A stretch of DNA of 64,000 nucleotides from Candidatus Woesearchaeota archaeon (GTDB lineage: Archaea; Nanobdellota; Nanobdellia; Woesearchaeales; WAPY01): positions 334,275 to 398,274 of the forward strand of contig JBNAUL010000002.1 of NCBI GenBank assembly GCA_049700835.1. Reading direction: 5' to 3'. This document shows positions 61,183-64,000 of this stretch, piece after piece (positions within the stretch are counted from its first letter, which is position 1; every line of letters starts with the position of its first letter). A program made the translations under genes and the position numbers. Below the pieces are notes generated by a model. The model saw only the letters and a list, made by a program, of their open reading frames with translations, was not told the origin of the DNA and did no database searches.

Positions 61183-62367
61183 ATGGCTTTGATAGAAACA
61201 GAAGTGGATAAGCTTTTGGAATTGCTGAAAGAAAGAAAGAAAGTATCAATTTCAGAGGCAGCAAAAAAGTTGGGTTTAGACAATAAAACGATTGAGGAAT
61301 GGGCTGATTTTTTGGAAGAGGAAGGAGTGATAAAAATAGAATATACCCTTACAACTCCTGTATTGGTGCTAAAAGAAATAAATGAGGACCAGATAAAAAA
61401 TAAGGAAAAGGAACTTAACCTCAAGAAGAGCATATTGCTTGGAAAATCAGAAAACCTTGCTAAAAACATAGAGAAGAACGAGCAGTACTTCAAAGAATTG
61501 AAAGCAGAATTCGACAAAATCAAGAAGTATTTGGGAAAGGATGCTGACAATATTCAAAAGGAACTCAAGGAGATAGAGGAATACAACAATTTAAAAAAGA
61601 GGAGTTATGAAGAAATAAACAAGCAAAAGAAAGAATACGAAAAGAAGATTGAAGAGTTGCAAGATTACATTTTAAAAGAGCAAAAGAAATATTTGAGTGT
61701 ATTTGAAAATGTAAAAAAAGAAGAGTTAAAGATTGATGCAGAGAGAACAAAGATAAAGGAACTTGAAGAAAAGGACAAAGAACTGAATGAAAAGCTAAAT
61801 GAAATACAAAAGTACATAGAAGAGACAAGGAAAAAATTGAACGAGGAAAAGCGGAATTTCTCAGAGGAAGAAAATTATCTTAATGCGCTGAAAAAGAGCG
61901 CAGAAGAAGTGCAACAAAAATTAGAAGTTGAAAAGAAAAAATTCTCAGAATTAATTGAGAAGAGCAAAAAGGAAGGGGTTGAAATACTCAAAAAAGAGCA
62001 GGAGAGGATTGATGCTCTTGCAGAAAAGATAAAGAAGCTTGATTTGAAAGCAGAAGCAAGCGTAAAAATCTCAGATGAACTCAAGAATTTTCTCAACAGA
62101 AAATCAGAAATAGAAAAACTCCTGAACGAAATGAGAGATGAGCAGAATTCCCTTAAAAAGGAAACCCAAGAATTTTTGAAAAAACTCAAGGTCTTAAAGG
62201 TTCTGTCAAAAAAACCAAGGGAGAATGAAATAAAGGAAATGGAAGAAAATTATTCAAAACTTGAAGAGAAGAGAGGAAAAATAGAAGAGCTCTACAACAA
62301 GATTTCCTCTCTGCTAAAAAGCGTATCCAGCACATCCAAAAACCAGAATAAAGAAAAAAATAGATAG
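61183..62367 (+). CDS. N-terminal winged-helix plus long coiled-coil protein
   Basis: VDKLLELLKERKKVSISEAAKKLG...IEEWADFLEEEGVIKIEY followed by about 320 aa of E/K heptads. Confidence 0.75.
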   Translation: MALIETEVDKLLELLKERKKVSISEAAKKLGLDNKTIEEWADFLEEEGVIKIEYTLTTPVLVLKEINEDQIKNKEKELNLKKSILLGKSENLAKNIEKNEQYFKELKAEFDKIKKYLGKDADNIQKELKEIEEYNNLKKRSYEEINKQKKEYEKKIEELQDYILKEQKKYLSVFENVKKEELKIDAERTKIKELEEKDKELNEKLNEIQKYIEETRKKLNEEKRNFSEEENYLNALKKSAEEVQQKLEVEKKKFSELIEKSKKEGVEILKKEQERIDALAEKIKKLDLKAEASVKISDELKNFLNRKSEIEKLLNEMRDEQNSLKKETQEFLKKLKVLKVLSKKPRENEIKEMEENYSKLEEKRGKIEELYNKISSLLKSVSSTSKNQNKEKNR

Positions 62368-62666
62368 AGAAGGAAAAAGAAATAAAAAAATAAGCAATAA
62401 ATCATAAAAGTAAGCAATAATAAAGGTAAGTGCAATAAATCTTAGTGAAATCTTGCTGAAATCGTGCTGTTGCATGATGAATTAAAGAAAATAAAAGCTA
62501 TAAAGAAATATAAATAATTTAAGGATAGAACATTGAGGGTAAATAATGCAAAGAGAACAAAAGAAAATAAAAATAAATTAATTATAATTTTATGGAATAA
62601 TTTAAAGTAAAAAGGTAAAGTAAAAAGGCAAAAAGGATTAAAATAAAATGGTTTAAAGGTGATTTT

Positions 62667-64000
62667 ATGGAAAAAGAGGTGGTGATTGACAGTTATTCCT
62701 TTCTTTCAAACAACATTCCTGTGAAAATATCAATAAAGAGAGAGAAAAATTCTTTCGTACCAATATACCATGTTGAACTCTCAACTATTTCAAATACGAC
62801 AAAGATAATACTTGAAAAGATAAGGGAAGAACTTATACAAAAGATAGATTTAGGAGTTGTGGACATAACAGACACAAAAAAAGAAAATTTGATGGAAGAG
62901 AAGTTCAAGGAAATGATAATTCTGTTGGTTAAAAAGCATTTTCCAGAAGCGGAAGAAAACATACAGAACCATCTTATAGCATACCTAATTCAAAGGAGCC
63001 TTGGTTTTGGAGATTTGGAAATCCTTATGGCTGACAAGTTGTTGGAAGAGATAGTTGTCAACAGCGCAGAAGAACCTGTATGGGTTTATCACAAAAAATA
63101 CGGTTGGTTGAAAACTAACATTGCAATAACAAAAGAAGAAGAGATAAGGCACTATGCAACAATGATGGCGCGCAGAGTTGGCAGGCAGATAACTGTGCTT
63201 TCTCCTTTGCTTGACGCCAATCTTAAAAGTGGGGATAGGGTAAACTGCACGCTTGAGCCAATATCTGCAAACGGCAACACAATAACCCTGAGAAAATTCG
63301 CTTCAGAACCTTGGACAATAACAAAGTTTTTGGAATCCAAAACAATATCAGAGGACTCAGCAGCATTGATATGGCTTGCAGTTCAATACGAACTTTCAAT
63401 ACTTATTGCAGGAGGAACAGCATCTGGAAAAACCTCAACGCTAAACGCAATAGCAAACTTCTTCCCACCAAACCAAAGAGTAATAAGCATTGAAGACACA
63501 AGAGAAATCGTGCTGCCAAAATTCCTGCACTGGGTTCCGATGGTTACAAGGCAGCCGAATACAGAAGGAAAAGGAGAGATAACCATGCTTGACCTGCTTG
63601 TCAACTCTTTGAGAATGAGGCCTGACAGGATAATAGTTGGAGAGGTTAGAAGGCAGAGGGAAGCTGAAATACTTTTTGAAGCAATACACACGGGACACAG
63701 CGTTTATGCAACAGTCCACGCAAACAATGTCCAAGAAACAATTACCAGATTGACAAGCCCTCCAATAAACATTCCAAAATCAATGATTCCTGCAATATCA
63801 ATGATAATGGTTCAGTACAGAAACAGGAGAACAGGAATAAGGAGAACATTCCAAATAGCAGAGATACTTCCTGACGCAACTCCAAACATTCTCATGCAGT
63901 TTGACATAAAAAAGGACGAGATGAATAAGATAAACAAATCAATATCCTTAATGGACACCCTGCAGCTTTACACAGGATATTCAAGAACAGAAATTGAAAA
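62667..64000 (+). CDS. Type II/IV secretion (CpaF/TadA/FlaI-like) ATPase, 3'-truncated (not in the ORF track)
   Basis: ATG 62667 after AGGTGA; own translation gives LEEIVVNS, TITLRKF, GGTASGKTSTLNA, ISIEDTRE, LRMRPDRIIVGEVR, HTGHSVYATVHA. Confidence 0.93.
   Translation, partial: MEKEVVIDSYSFLSNNIPVKISIKREKNSFVPIYHVELSTISNTTKIILEKIREELIQKIDLGVVDITDTKKENLMEEKFKEMIILLVKKHFPEAEENIQNHLIAYLIQRSLGFGDLEILMADKLLEEIVVNSAEEPVWVYHKKYGWLKTNIAITKEEEIRHYATMMARRVGRQITVLSPLLDANLKSGDRVNCTLEPISANGNTITLRKFASEPWTITKFLESKTISEDSAALIWLAVQYELSILIAGGTASGKTSTLNAIANFFPPNQRVISIEDTREIVLPKFLHWVPMVTRQPNTEGKGEITMLDLLVNSLRMRPDRIIVGEVRRQREAEILFEAIHTGHSVYATVHANNVQETITRLTSPPINIPKSMIPAISMIMVQYRNRRTGIRRTFQIAEILPDATPNILMQFDIKKDEMNKINKSISLMDTLQLYTGYSRTEIE

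Overview
AT-rich archaeal chromosomal segment from a draft assembly (two 100-N scaffold gaps, 40851-40950 and 44547-44646). Gene content and protein style (archaeal ribosomal proteins, EF-1alpha/EF-2, LonB, PolB, S-layer protein, class III signal peptide pilins, many K/E-rich ORFans) point to a DPANN archaeon, probably Woesearchaeota-like; this assignment is an inference. The window contains: RNA modification and repair genes (Nop2/RsmB methylase, Elp3, two EndoIII paralogues); a divergent asnA / Lrp-AsnC pair with a 13-bp palindrome between them; a 12-kb operon of secreted Ig/cadherin-repeat proteins with exact internal DNA duplications; PolB; an AT-rich ORFan block; Sm-L37e-S8e (L37e is missing from the ORF track); LonB; a duplicated MNT-MNT-HEPN-HEPN fusion next to tRNA-Leu(TAG); the S-layer gene; an L7Ae-S28e-L24e-ndk-EF2-EF1a-S10 cluster; a degenerate cis-prenyltransferase; and a type IV pilus-like locus. 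The most unusual unannotated region is 53100-54500. It holds a triply inactivated membrane-protein gene with its own promoter, followed by an attC-like inverted repeat whose GTT abuts a decayed IS6-like transposase fragment. This resembles a solitary integron-type gene cassette. All family assignments come from motif recognition by eye; no searches were run.
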